Source of the DNA: an uncultured Methanoregulaceae archaeon
GTDB taxonomy: Archaea; Halobacteriota; Methanomicrobia; Methanomicrobiales; Methanospirillaceae
NCBI GenBank assembly: GCA_963705255.1
Contig: OY970061.1
Span: 1,696,001 to 1,760,000, forward strand
Length of the DNA stretch: 64,000 nt
Direction: 5' to 3'
The notes below the pieces were generated by a model, which saw only the letters and a list, made by a program, of their open reading frames with translations, had not been told where the DNA came from and ran no database searches. Position numbers and translations under genes: made by a program. Of the stretch, positions 21,342-33,102 are shown piece by piece (the stretch's first letter is position 1; each line of letters opens with the position of its first letter).

Positions 21342-22358
21342 ATGGCGAAGCTTTCCCCTTATGACGCTGAACTGGTTGCGTTCCTCCGCTCGGAGCTGCA
21401 CTTCAGTGAAGACGCAGTGATAAAGCAGGAGAGTTCATTCAACGAAAATTATCCAATCCGGTTCGATCTGGTCGTCGAAGACAGACGGAAAACGTTCATC
21501 ATCGAGATTAAACGGATAGTCAGGTCTAACCGAGCTATCCCAGCTGGGTTTTCTGAAACACCTTCTTGCAGCTGACCGGATTGACATCGATAATGTCGAG
21601 TTTGTCATCGCAGGAAAACGGGTGACGAATGAGGCTGTGTCGGCCGGAGAAAAGATAGGCATCCGGATCATCCGGCTGCCGGCGGAAGCAGGTGTTACCG
21701 ATCAGGAAGAAAAACCGGGCGCACTACCCGTAAAAATCACGGCGGTCAAATCCTGGCAGGTCATATCCCGGCTCCTGATGATGACCCCTACCTCTATCCG
21801 GCAACTCGCGATGGCTTCCGGTGTCTGGTACGGCTGGGCTCATGCGACGGTGAAGAGCCTGATGGAAAAAGGGATCGTGTCCGATATGGGCGGATCCGTA
21901 AAGATTACCGATATCACCAAGCTCCTGAATGGCGTTGCCTGGGAACGCCCCTTCGAACGGCTCTTCTTCCGCGAGATACGCATCGCGGCCGACAGCCATA
22001 TAGCGCTTGTACAGGAGATCGGTTCCGTGTGCGAAGAGCATACTATTTCCTGCGCATTCACCAGTTTCACCGCCGCGGAATTGTATACGCATTACAGCGC
22101 CCGGCATGATTCGGTATACCTGTACGTCGAAAAGCAGAAGGCCGGGACGCTGGCGGGCATGTTCGATCTCCGTAATGAAGGAGGGATCGCGGTACGACTT
22201 TATGCGCCGGACCGGGATGTTTTCAAAGACCGCAGGACCTATACCGTACCGAACGTCCCGGTTGTCTCGCCGTCCCAGGCGCTCCTGGATTGTGCCGGTC
22301 TCGGGTACGGGGCCGGGATCTCACGCTGAAACTGGTGGAAGCCTATGGCGGAATATAA
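21342..22358 (+). CDS. AbiEi-like antitoxin/regulator: PD-(D/E)xK-like N-terminus + wHTH + AbiEi-like C-terminus; indels near 21525 and 22310
   Basis: RFDLVVEDRRKTFIIEIKR; SIRQLAMASGVWYGWAHATVKSL HTH; VVSPSQALLD...GRD. Confidence 0.65.
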
Positions 22359-23106
22359 TCCCGCACGAACTATTATAGACGCTTCGCGGGAAGAGCTCGG
22401 GTGGATATTCCGGTGGGTCCGGGATCATGGCGAAGATCTCGGATCGCCGGTTACCGTTCTTATCGGCGGATGGGCAGTCTATTGCTATAACCCGTGGTAC
22501 GGATCCGTTGACATCGATATCGTCACCAACAACCGGACACGGCAGCATCTCATGAAATTCCTCCGGGATTCACGGGGTTTTGTTCGGCAGCGCCACCCGG
22601 TCATCCGCAACACCGTTGTGAAAAATTCGCCGGAAGGGGCGATCCTCATCGATTTCGGATCCCGGGATGATGTCTGCCATTTCGAGGGAAGCCACGAGAT
22701 CTGTCCGTTCTCGCTCCTTGACGGCCAGACAGAGATCATGAGGATAGATACGGAGGAAAATTCTGTTCCGGTTGTAGTACCGACCCGTGCGTTGCTCGTT
22801 CTCTATAAGCTCAAGGCGGCATGGGACCGATCGCACCGTTTGCAGACAGCCACTTCTCCAGATGCAGAATGGGAACAGGCAAAAGTCCGCAAAGACCTGG
22901 CAGACATTCTTGCCCTTCTGGATCCGGCGGCAGGAGGAGCCGATATCGATGTCCACTACCTCGGTTCACGACTCAGTGAATTTCCGTTTCTCATGGGCGT
23001 GCTGCAGGAGATCCAGCAAAACAGCGAGGCGGTTGCGATGTACCGGAGGTTGAGCCCGGTGCAGGCCCGTGAGGTTGTCGCCCGGTTGTTAAGCCTTGTG
23101 AGGTAG
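22345..23106 (+). CDS. Nucleotidyltransferase, AbiEii/DUF2204-like toxin
   Basis: LIGGWAV, SVDIDIV, LYKLKA and KDLADI motifs. Confidence 0.75.
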   Translation: MAEYNPARTIIDASREELGWIFRWVRDHGEDLGSPVTVLIGGWAVYCYNPWYGSVDIDIVTNNRTRQHLMKFLRDSRGFVRQRHPVIRNTVVKNSPEGAILIDFGSRDDVCHFEGSHEICPFSLLDGQTEIMRIDTEENSVPVVVPTRALLVLYKLKAAWDRSHRLQTATSPDAEWEQAKVRKDLADILALLDPAAGGADIDVHYLGSRLSEFPFLMGVLQEIQQNSEAVAMYRRLSPVQAREVVARLLSLVR

Positions 23107-23144
23107 CGAAGGCCGCAGTCATATTCTTGGGGGGATCTTTTTAT

Positions 23145-23464
23145 TACCGTCGACGTGACCCCCCACCCCCTTTTCCGGGGTGGCCTCGACTTACAATCCC
23201 CGTGAAAAATAACTCCTCAATTCAGCCCCCTTTTGGCAAAATACGCCCGATCTGAGAGGTCGGTTTTTGGATAGTCGCACTTTTTGGCGAATTACAGCCC
23301 AGTGATTTTGAGATACGGCTGTAATGGGGTTATTTTGCTTATTTGAGGGATATTTTGGCCCCTGAAAAATGTCTCTTTATTGCCTTTTGGACGATCGGGG
23401 AACTTGGATCCTGTGGAAAAGGCTGGCCGGGGAAATGGCGGGGGATCCCGGATCTGGGGTTCGG
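23145..23464 (+). repeat. Dispersed ~300 bp repeat, copy 2 (no insert)
   Basis: Colinear with copies 1 and 3; begins TACCGTCGACGTGA, matching the last codons of the 62271-62742 ORF. Confidence 0.9.
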
Positions 23465-23500
23465 GATCGGGGAAGGTGGGAAAAAAATAAAAAACCCGAG

Positions 23501-24647
23501 TTACTTCGGTGTACCATAATCGAAAAGAGTTTTCGGATATTGTTTTTTACTTATCTCTTCGATGACTTTCTTGGTAGCCTCTTCTTTGGCTTTCAGATAA
23601 GACCATTCAGCGATGAGTTTCTCTTCCAACGATTTTGCGACAGTTTTAATGTAATCCCCACGACAATTCAATCTGAATGAATTTTCATCCACCGTTGTCA
23701 GAAGATCATACTTTTTGCCATATTGTATGACTTGATCCATTTTACTTTCAATAAGCTGTTTTTTAACTTCATCAGGAGCACCCAACGATATATATCGCAT
23801 CAGGGCTGCAAGGAATGTCGAGTGTTTGATTATTTTTGGATCCCCATTATTACCTATTGAGAATTGTTTCGCGTAGCAATCGCCCACAACAACCATTTTT
23901 AAAATTCTATAGGGATGTGATGAATAGCAACACGGTAGATCGAAACGATTTCCATGATCACTCTGACCAGCACCGGTTAGAAGTAATTCCGTCAGTTGAG
24001 GATTTTTATGAGTGTGTTCGTGATGAAGCTGAATAATATCCGATCGCGGTCGGTAAATCCATAAAATAATTTCATCGGGATCGTATTTTTGAGATTTTTT
24101 TGGCTTTTTCGATTGACCTTTCAGGGTATCGAGTATTTTTGACGAGTCTTTGTCATACACGCAAAGAACATATTCAATATTCTCGATATCAAGATCATCA
24201 CCAATACATTCCGATAAGTAATCGATTTTTTCTGCCACCAATTTTTTCGCGTTTTGAATCTCAATCAGTGCTTTTTTTGCTTCGGATATGGATGACTTAC
24301 AGCTGAATAAGAATTGCCTGATGAGATGTTTCATTGTAGAGCAATAAATCAAAACTACAGTTTCCTTTTTCCTCACTCCCAAATTCAATAAGTGGTTCTG
24401 CAAAATAGAATTCGTACCCAGTTTTTTTTGTAAGTTCCGTATTTGCGAACGATTTTGCACATAATCTAACGATATCCTGGTGAGCTTGGTCGGTTAGAAT
24501 ATCGTTGTTTATTCGTTCTTTAAAAGCAGGAATATTGTACTTGGTCCATTTATCAACAGATTGGGAAAATACCTCCTTTTCTTCAGGTGATAATTTCTGA
24601 ACAAAAGGGATTGGTGTGTCCATAGTCTTCTCAATGAACTCAATCAC
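23501..24647 (-). CDS. AT-rich PD-(D/E)xK nuclease-like protein, indel near 24300
   Basis: FAEPL...SFDLLLYNE...AILI(Q/E)CKSS after joining the two ORFs. Confidence 0.6.
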
Positions 24648-25729
24648 CCAACTACTGCCATTGAATCAACCGATTCAGGTACAAATTCAAAAAATCGCAT
24701 GTATGTGCTGATACCTGTTCTCTCTACGGGATAAATGCGAATACCACTCCCGTGAATGGAAATATCAAACAGCGAACCGGACATGTTGTCAATCACTCTT
24801 GCTGAAAAAGGTGATGCTGTTGATACTTCAGAATGTTCGAGTAAAGTGAAATCCCATTCGTCCTGCTCGATGTCCTGTTGGATATTCGGAATTACCGATT
24901 CATTGAATGAACTTGAAAATGCAACAGACCATGGGGTTTGGATAGTCCTTTCAAATTGTTTCTTGCCGACCTTTGTTAAGGAATATCCAGATGTTCCAAT
25001 TGCATCTTTGAGGGGGCGAATATGCTCGACGAGACGTTCGATTATATCAAAGACACTTGTAATGTCTCCTTCTTTAATCGTGATGATACCCTTATTATCA
25101 ATCCTGAAGGAAAGTTCGTTAGGTATCCTGATTTCGAGGATTTTAGGTAAGACACCGTAATAAAATTCCATTTCATCAAGTGTTTGTTTGCCGTCAATCC
25201 CTCGATAAATAATGCTACGTTCAATATTCGGTCGGTAATGTGACGATATTCTTGTATTGGGGCTCCTCTTTGCAGAAAAATAGGTTATTATCAGATCTTC
25301 ATGTTGTTTGATTAAATCATCCTTAATTTCTTTCATGATATGCGGTGAAATCCAGAGATTTGAAAGATCCCTTGTTTTTCGTAAATAATCAAATAAAATG
25401 TCTGGAATTTCATCAGACTTTTTTGCATCCGTAAGAAATAGGGGAATGTGATTCCTGTCATCAAAAAAAACATAAAAATTGACAATATCCTTTCCGTGAG
25501 CCTTTGACACCCGTAATAATTTGCCAGCGTCTTCCTCTGTTTTGAATCCATAATTTGTCAGACTTTCGACAAACTGCCTATAAGTGTCATGAGTTGACAC
25601 AGTTGGAACTAATTGGATATTCCAGAGGTTTGTTCCATCTGACTGAAGATTACTCAAGTATTCCACAAACTCTGATATATCTAAAAAATTTTTGTCCCTG
25701 ATGTTGAGGAACGTCACTGGCATCACCAC
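24644..25729 (-). CDS. AT-rich hypothetical protein, overlaps the start of the nuclease-like gene
   Basis: 361 aa ORF with a 4 bp overlap; no recognised motif. Confidence 0.75.
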   Translation of the reverse strand: MVMPVTFLNIRDKNFLDISEFVEYLSNLQSDGTNLWNIQLVPTVSTHDTYRQFVESLTNYGFKTEEDAGKLLRVSKAHGKDIVNFYVFFDDRNHIPLFLTDAKKSDEIPDILFDYLRKTRDLSNLWISPHIMKEIKDDLIKQHEDLIITYFSAKRSPNTRISSHYRPNIERSIIYRGIDGKQTLDEMEFYYGVLPKILEIRIPNELSFRIDNKGIITIKEGDITSVFDIIERLVEHIRPLKDAIGTSGYSLTKVGKKQFERTIQTPWSVAFSSSFNESVIPNIQQDIEQDEWDFTLLEHSEVSTASPFSARVIDNMSGSLFDISIHGSGIRIYPVERTGISTYMRFFEFVPESVDSMAVVG

Positions 25730-26161
25730 GCATCATATTGTTTTCTATTGGGATAGTATATCTCATTATAATAATTGTAGTTTTCTAAAAGAATGCGAAA
25801 GTGTTTTTCTGAATCTTCTCTGGTGCCACCCACACTTTCCCAATCCCGGCAAACGCCTTTTCAAAACGCTCAGCTCGCGTCCCAATATAGGAACAGCGTT
25901 GGTGAAAACTTCGGCCCGACACCATAATCACCGGAAGAACCAACAAACCGGATCCTCGCAGAAAGAAAACACACACATCATGATATCGCCGTCAACGTCC
26001 CTCATGCAACCGTCTCGGTCGCCAACTTCCAAAGTACGTCGGTTTTTTTCATTTCAGTACTAGCAATCCTCCACAAGCACAAACCCCATGATTATAAATA
26101 TTAGGTTACAAATAGGTAGGTAGATAGTTAATTTGTAAACTATCAGTTTTTTGGTGAAGGA

Positions 26162-27227
26162 ATGAGCCTGGGAGAGAGCATCAAGTCGAGGAGACAGATT
26201 CTCAGGATAACCCTGAGAGGCCTTGCGGAACAGATCGGTGTTTCGCACACGACTGTTGACAAGTATGAAAAAAACAAACTGGTCCCGGATTCACAATCCC
26301 TGATCAAATTGAGCAAAGCCTTACAGATCCCCATCGCATCCCTGCTGAGGCCGGAGAGCCAGCAGATCCAGCTGAATCATATTGCGTTCCGGACCAGGAA
26401 GATGCTGAAACGGGACGAGAAGCAGATCAACGCCGAGACGAAGGAATGGCTGGAGCGGTATCTCCAGATAGAGAACCTGACCGGACGACCCCGGGTCTTT
26501 GAGATGCCCGCAGGTTTCCCACGGACCATCTCTTCGTTTGAAGATGCGGAAGAGGCGGCACGGGATCTCCGGGCTGCGTGGGACCTCGGGACCGACCCGA
26601 TCGAGAACCTGACGTACCTGCTGGAAGACAAAGGCATCAGGATCGGGATCATCGGCGGAATTACGCAGTTCGATGCATTGTTTACCGAGTATGCCGACCA
26701 CCGGATCATCGTTGTGAAGGATAATCTTCCGCGTGCCCGCCAGCGGTTCTCTCTCGCCCACGAACTCGGGCACTGCCTTCTTGAAGCTGGAGGCGGGCTC
26801 GATGAAGAGAAGGTGATGCACCGGTTTGCCGGCGCGTTCCTCGTTCCCCGGGAGAAGGCATTCTTCGAACTGGATGAGACCCGGCATAAATTTTCCATCA
26901 AGGAACTGCTTATCCTCAAGGAAAAATATGGGCTCTCGATGGGAGCATGGCTGTTCCGCGCCATGGACCTTGGCATAATCACTCCGGAGGATTATCTCGG
27001 TATCCGGAAATTCTTTACCGCGAAGCACTGGAACCGGGAAGAGCCTGGCGATGACGTTGCAAAAAGAGAGAGACCGGCCCTCATGGAAGCGATGGTACCT
27101 GAGGGCCCATGCCGAAGGGATCATTTCCACATCGAAGGCTGCTGAGTTATTAAACCAGAGCCTCAGTACCTTCTGTTCAATAGACGGGGAATCGGATATT
27201 GAGTGCTCAGCAATACTATGTACTTGA
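26162..27227 (+). CDS. XRE-HTH + ImmA/IrrE (M78) metallopeptidase, indel near 27098
   Basis: N-terminal HTH; RQRFSLAHELGH; FAGAFLVP; shifted tail RAHAEGIISTSKAAELL. Confidence 0.88.
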
Positions 27228-27708
27228 TACAAATACGATAATTGACCTGCACTTTGGAAAGCTGCTCCATAAAGTATTCCAATTGCCCTGCAAATTTTTA
27301 GTAACCGATTTGTTGCGGGAAGAGCTGCTCAACCCCCCTTTTGACGCGCTGGCGGAGATGGGGCTGATCGCTGAACCGCTCACCTCCGAAGAGGTCGGCG
27401 AGATCCCGGTGATGATGGGGAGATATCCCAAACCGTCGTATTATGATATTTCCGTCCTGATACTTGCGAGATCGAAAAATACGATTCTCATCACCGGCGA
27501 TGAAGCCCTGCGCAATGCGGCAGCGGATAACAGTGTGGACTGTCGTGGCACGTGCTGGCTGATTGACTACCTCGCGAACAAGGGGCTCATCACCTGGTCC
27601 GAAGCGATCGCCGCGTATCATGTGATCGTGAAGAAACCAAGATATCCCCCGAAGGATGAATGCAAAGCTCTTCTTATGATGTGGAAACAACGGCAAAAAC
27701 TGGAATGA
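27199..27708 (+). CDS. PIN-domain protein (DUF3368-like toxin)
   Basis: VLDTNTIID, LITGDEALR, RGTCWL; coupled to the XRE/ImmA gene. Confidence 0.82.
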   Translation: MSAQQYYVLDTNTIIDLHFGKLLHKVFQLPCKFLVTDLLREELLNPPFDALAEMGLIAEPLTSEEVGEIPVMMGRYPKPSYYDISVLILARSKNTILITGDEALRNAAADNSVDCRGTCWLIDYLANKGLITWSEAIAAYHVIVKKPRYPPKDECKALLMMWKQRQKLE

Positions 27709-28001
27709 AGAGAGTACGTAATTGATCGGAGAGTTCCGTACATTTGGTTCTCAGCTCCGAACATATACCGTGGGAGGTCCGTTCATTTACATGAGCCCGT
27801 TATGCTGAGCTATATAATATCTCGCTGCCGGCACGTTCGAGATTTCCCGGTAGTTGCTGCACGGATCCGGATCGATCGCACCCATAGGCAATCACTACAG
27901 GAAGCACACTGTTCTTTTTATGACCGATAGACGTTTGTCACAGAAATCGTTTAAGAGTCCAGGACAATCTTCAGACTATCAGGAAAAATGATGGTGAATG
28001 A

Positions 28002-28943
28002 ATGAAAAACTGGATAAAATCATTAACCGCCCTGAATGTCCTCCTCATGCTGATGATCGTGCCGGTTGCAGCATCCGTAGCATTCACGCCGAGTTCCCCA
28101 CAGACGATTGCGAAGGGCGATACATTTACGATCAGCGGCACTAACTCGACAAACGGGACGGTCGCCATCTGGGTTATCGGCAGAAATTATTTCCGGGTAT
28201 CGACCGCCGTTCCGGATAAGACCGGGAATTTCACGATGATCGTCATGCCTGAAGATACCGGGCAATTTTCGAGCGGGCAGTACGCCTTCGTGATTCAGGA
28301 TCCTGGTACGAATGGAAAAACCGAGATCAAGTACCGCATTGCTCAGAACGGGAATATTACTATCCTGAACGTGGGAACCCCTATCACAGATATCGGGCCG
28401 AAGCAGGATATCAGGGCGAACGCCGCGCCGGTTGTGGAAAAGCTTCAGGCCGTCGCAACACTTACCGGCGTTGACGATATCTTTACACCGTATTACTTCT
28501 TTGTCGAAGAGCCGTCAATCCATTTCGACCAGAAAGCCGAAACAAATCCTGACGGACAACTTCCAAACCAGACCTCCGGCGAGAGGATCTTTTTTTCAGG
28601 AACGACGAACATGGGCATCGAAAATCCCCTGCATGCCGATATCCGGAATCTCGCTACAAACACCCTCATTCTCACAAAGACGATCCCGGTAATCGCAGGA
28701 AGTGAGAAGAACCGCTGGTCGTTCAAGCTGGACGAACCGGGGCTTCCGCCCGGCGAGTATTACATCACGGTCGGCTGGATGAAATCGAATACGACCGGCA
28801 CGGGATCCGCGATGTTTACGGTCGTGGAAAAACCCGGCTTTCCTCCCTCAAACGATAGCGGTGCGATCCCGCTTTCGGTCGTCATCGGAGGCGGGATACT
28901 GCTTGTCTTCGGCTTCGTCGTATTTGCATATTGGAAGAAATAA
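28002..28943 (+). CDS. Surface glycoprotein with C-terminal TM anchor
   Basis: Signal peptide; many NxT/S sequons; IPL-TM-KK end. Confidence 0.75.
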   Translation: MKNWIKSLTALNVLLMLMIVPVAASVAFTPSSPQTIAKGDTFTISGTNSTNGTVAIWVIGRNYFRVSTAVPDKTGNFTMIVMPEDTGQFSSGQYAFVIQDPGTNGKTEIKYRIAQNGNITILNVGTPITDIGPKQDIRANAAPVVEKLQAVATLTGVDDIFTPYYFFVEEPSIHFDQKAETNPDGQLPNQTSGERIFFSGTTNMGIENPLHADIRNLATNTLILTKTIPVIAGSEKNRWSFKLDEPGLPPGEYYITVGWMKSNTTGTGSAMFTVVEKPGFPPSNDSGAIPLSVVIGGGILLVFGFVVFAYWKK

Positions 28944-28955
28944 CCGGGTTTTCAT

Positions 28956-30275
28956 ATGAGCAGAATATGTAAGCGGTTCACTCGAATTCTGACTGGTGCA
29001 GTACGGGGACGGGCTTATGGCGTCGCGCTGATGCTCGTTCTGGCCGCGTGCTGCGGCACTGTTGCTGCTGCCGATGAAATCGCACGAGGAACTCCCACGT
29101 TTGGCATCAGCAACCACACGGCCATCATCTGGCGCTCCGCCCAGATCGACGGGGATCGGATCGTGTGGGCCGAGAGCATCACAAACACCGGGTTCGTGTA
29201 CAATATTTATCTTTACAATATCACAACCGGGAAAGAAACGCTCGTCTCACCATCATCACCCGACGAGCCACAGAATGATTACATGGGCGACGAGAATCCG
29301 GTAGCAATCTCGGGCAACCGGATAGTCTGGACGAAACACGGCGATGTCTGGATGTTTGATATTACAACGGGAAAAAGAACGGTACTGGCTCTCGATCGAG
29401 GGGAATACGGGACCGGTATCCGACGTTCTGATCCTGATATTTCCGGCGACATTGTTATCTGGAGGCAGCAGGAGATAACCGTCCAGAACTTCCGGAACCC
29501 GGATATAATCGCCTATAATATCACTTCACAAAAACAGACGACCGTATCCCACGGAAACTGGGACAAATCCCATGCAAGGATCTCCGGCTCCCGGATCGTC
29601 TGGGAAGATTATCGGAACGGCAACCCCGATATTTACCTCTACGATCTCGCAACTGGTCAGGAGCTCGTTGTCTGCAACGCTTCCGGTACCCAGTACGCAC
29701 CAAAGATCTCCGGTGACCGGATTGTCTGGGATGATCGCCGTGACGGTAACTATGATGTGCGGGTGTACGATATCACAACAGGTACGGAAACCGTAGCCGC
29801 TACCGGGATCAAAGAACAGGAAGAAGCGGATATCTCCGGGAACCTGATCGTCTGGAAAGAACTGCCGTCCATGCTTTTCTACAATCCTTATGATGAGAGC
29901 AACCGGCTGATGGTGCACGATCTTTCAACCGGAAAGGAGTACCAGGTCCTCAAAGACGTTCCCGGCATGTTCGCGCCGGCGATCTCCGGGAATCGGATCA
30001 TCTTCATGGATCTTGCGCACATTCCGGCCGACCAGCGGGATAACCCGAGGGAGAATACCGTGCAGGAGATCTCGCTGTTTACGCTTGATCCGGTTAACTT
30101 TCCGTTGCCAGTGCCCACAACCGTAACGCAGGTAAATGCAACCGCCCCGCCTGTGCGATCACCCGGAATAAATCCACCGGTTCCAACACCTGCACAGACT
30201 CCGGGTTTCGGTACCACTTGTACTTTGTGTGTTTTGGTCATCGGCATTCTCATCATCCAGGTAAGGAGGGGATGA
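28956..30275 (+). CDS. Methanogen beta-propeller repeat surface protein with PGF-CTERM
   Basis: Repeats ISG.RIVW.D.R.GN.DIYLYD; TPGF-TM-RRG end. Confidence 0.88.
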   Translation: MSRICKRFTRILTGAVRGRAYGVALMLVLAACCGTVAAADEIARGTPTFGISNHTAIIWRSAQIDGDRIVWAESITNTGFVYNIYLYNITTGKETLVSPSSPDEPQNDYMGDENPVAISGNRIVWTKHGDVWMFDITTGKRTVLALDRGEYGTGIRRSDPDISGDIVIWRQQEITVQNFRNPDIIAYNITSQKQTTVSHGNWDKSHARISGSRIVWEDYRNGNPDIYLYDLATGQELVVCNASGTQYAPKISGDRIVWDDRRDGNYDVRVYDITTGTETVAATGIKEQEEADISGNLIVWKELPSMLFYNPYDESNRLMVHDLSTGKEYQVLKDVPGMFAPAISGNRIIFMDLAHIPADQRDNPRENTVQEISLFTLDPVNFPLPVPTTVTQVNATAPPVRSPGINPPVPTPAQTPGFGTTCTLCVLVIGILIIQVRRG

Positions 30276-30368
30276 AACTGCGACGATTCTGAGATTGATG
30301 CCAGGTCAGTGACGCAAAATGACGGAGGGAAAAACACTGAAGATTTGCAACACAGCGGGAAAAAAATA

Positions 30369-31644
30369 TTAGCCGTTCGGATTTTCTACCCGACCTATGA
30401 AGAGGATAGTTCCCGTTTCGTTGTCCCGGATGAGGAATATGAATGGGTGATCTGCTCTGAATACCGGAACAGGACCATCTGCAGTGGCAGCACCTTTCCC
30501 CCACATCACAACAGCTGTGGCTGCGGCAGCCTCCGTGCCTTCTTCGTTTACATCTACGTACGCCTGGTGAATAATTTCCTGGATATAGAGATATCTCGTT
30601 CCATCGATTCCTGAGAAATCGGCATCACCAAATGCCGCCCGCATTCCCATCTCCTCAAGTGTCTTGCGCATGGTATATTTTGTTTCGAGCGTAAACTTCG
30701 GGAGGTAGACCATCACGCGCCGGGACGCTGACGAATTCTGCAGTTCAGAAAGATTTCGGGGATCTAGATACTTCTCTGCCGCTGCAAGGTCATCGTTTTT
30801 GGGAAGCAGAATAAGCATGGACAGTTCGTTTCCGTTTCCGTGTTCGTAAGGCATTCTGAGAAGCTGGATATTCCCGGTCTCTGCGTATGCGTATACGGCA
30901 TCCTCATCAGTTCTCTCCATCATCGGTACTGGAACGCTTTTACCGGAAGATATCCTGAAATCAGCATCCCGGGTTTTATTTTTATCAAACTGCCTGACCC
31001 ACGTGCCTTTGAAGTAAACCGCATCCGTTATCACCAGCCGGGTCATCGGGGTAATGGACCCGGTGGGCACCAAGTCCTTAATGGTATCACGGGTCTTTTC
31101 TTCCACCCATCGGTTGATGGTGGTCTGCGAAGTGTCCGGGTCATTGATGAAATCAAGGTTCGTGGTGTTTGCGGAGTAATACGTTCGGGCTGTATTGATG
31201 TACCCGGGAAGGAACGGATGCGTCTTTTCTGCCCAGAGAGCGTTTGCCGTAAACAGGGTATAGCTGGCATTTTGGCGGTTTATGCCCGAAATAATATTGG
31301 AATATCCCTGTCTGAGCAGGGAGGTATTCTCCGGGTAGTGGAGAACGGACCGGATTTCATCTGCGGTACTTCCCCGGGCACCCTCGTATGTTACTGCAAG
31401 GGCTGACGAGATGGAGAATGGGGAGAAGAAGAGGTTACTTCCCGCATACTTCGGATCCTTAGCCAGCTGTGAATACAGGTCAAATGCGAACCGGTTGTTC
31501 GCCTCAACGACGCTGTTTCCGCTGTCCGGAGTAGGACTGCCCGGCATTCGGCTGTGCCGGTATCGTCCCGGTACATCCTGCGAGAACCATGCTTATGACG
31601 ACAAGTGACGCGAAAGTCCAGACGCCGATCGTTTTCATCTCCAT
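30369..31644 (-). CDS. Serpin, lipoprotein (signal peptide out of frame near 31550)
   Basis: ANNRFAFDLY, FFSPFSISSAL, AVYFKG.W, EEGTEAAAAT hinge, FRADHPF; upstream MKTIG...VLAGC lipobox. Confidence 0.93.
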
Positions 31645-31860
31645 GACTGGATTTGTCTGCCCGCTGGTTAAACCTGGCGTTGAGTGCGTTTTTTTTCGCA
31701 GTTATAGTCTGACGAAAAAAGCAATCGACTTAGCATGCAGGTTGAGAGGCAAATAGGGTAATCGCAGATCACTGAATAGCCCGTTTCGATTCGTATCGGT
31801 AAGTGCCTGTATTCAACCGATGAGATTTGAGGTGAAGAAAAGCAAGTAACGAAAGAAAAA

Positions 31861-32055
31861 ATGGCCTCGCTTGACAGCCTCCTTGCGGTACTGACTGCAC
31901 TGGCATTTAAACCGGCATTTGTCACCTATGGTATCATGTCACCCACAATACTGCTGTTCCTTGCACTGATCGGACAACTGGCCTCTGAGGAACGGACCGT
32001 CCCCGTTATTTCTGGTCATGAGGTATACCTGAAGGATGACGGAGCACTTCCATGA
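31861..32055 (+). CDS. Possible small membrane protein
   Basis: 64 aa hydrophobic ORF with ATG after an A-rich stretch. Confidence 0.3.
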   Translation: MASLDSLLAVLTALAFKPAFVTYGIMSPTILLFLALIGQLASEERTVPVISGHEVYLKDDGALP

Positions 32056-32340
32056 GGCCGGGTCCTCGTGGGGGTACAGTCCTTATTGTTTCCGGGATAG
32101 TTGCCAGTCGGATCCTCATGCAGTATTGGCTGAACATAATTTTTTCCGTTCAATCATTCCCCCGCACGTCTCCCGGCCGCCACATTGCGGGAATCTCCTA
32201 AAAACCGGGCAACCAATCCCTGCCACAGTACCCTGATGAGGATCCTCCATGCAATGAATAAAAATCCTCAATGACGGGTAAATCCCCAAAAAAATCCATG
32301 AAAACCCTAGTCGCACGGGGAAGCCGGACGCGGGACTTTC

Positions 32341-33102
32341 TTACATGCTTACGAGATATTTATTCAGGTATTTCCTCGCTTCAGGATCGAGAGTGTACCG
32401 GGTGGTTTTTCCCGTTCTGGTGACCGTCAGTATTCCGGCATCGCGCAACCGGTTCATATGCCAGGTAACCGCAGCACCGGATATCCCCAGCATCGTTTCC
32501 AGATCGTGCCGGGTCGTTGCGAAGTTGTTGATCAGGTATTCGAATATCGCACGGTCCTTCTGGTTCCGTAAAAATTTCAGGACTTTCTGTTCGGTCTCGG
32601 TAAATTTCCCGGAATTTTCGAAGTACCGTATATCGGCCTCTATTACGAGTGCCGATATTTTTCCTGTCATCCGCAGGAGCGCAAGATGATACCTGAGTGT
32701 TCCCCGGTTTATCCCGGTCTTCTGGGATAATTCATTGAAATATATTCCCGGGTTGGCTTTGATTGTATCATAAATCCGTGATCTTTTCTCGCTCATGAGC
32801 ACCGTGCCGGCGGTGATTTTCCGGTATCCGAGGAAGGCAATACCCTTCAGGAGGAAGAACAGTTCGACCGGGAAGAGCAGGAGAGGGGAGATCGATAGTG
32901 CCACACTTAATGCCATCACACGAGGCGGAAGATCCCAGAATGAAACACGAACGGTGTCACCCGGGGTCAGACCCTGAATATCCGCATCGGTTGCCGGGGT
33001 GACCACATACCCGTTACCAAACAGTCCCGACATGGGTGAAGCTGCCATGAGAACAAGAAGGCAGACGACCGTAATGATGATCCCGAGATGATTCTCGTCC
33101 AT
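32341..33102 (-). CDS. Membrane-anchored double winged-HTH regulator (COG3398-like)
   Basis: Two TM segments; IKANPGIYFNEL...GTLRYHL and AVTWHMNRL HTHs. Confidence 0.82.
   Translation of the reverse strand: MDENHLGIIITVVCLLVLMAASPMSGLFGNGYVVTPATDADIQGLTPGDTVRVSFWDLPPRVMALSVALSISPLLLFPVELFFLLKGIAFLGYRKITAGTVLMSEKRSRIYDTIKANPGIYFNELSQKTGINRGTLRYHLALLRMTGKISALVIEADIRYFENSGKFTETEQKVLKFLRNQKDRAIFEYLINNFATTRHDLETMLGISGAAVTWHMNRLRDAGILTVTRTGKTTRYTLDPEARKYLNKYLVSM

Noticed and set aside
21054-23680. Short ORFs over the repeat copies (21054, 23369; also 62930)
   Set aside because: Frames and starts are not conserved among copies; treated as non-coding
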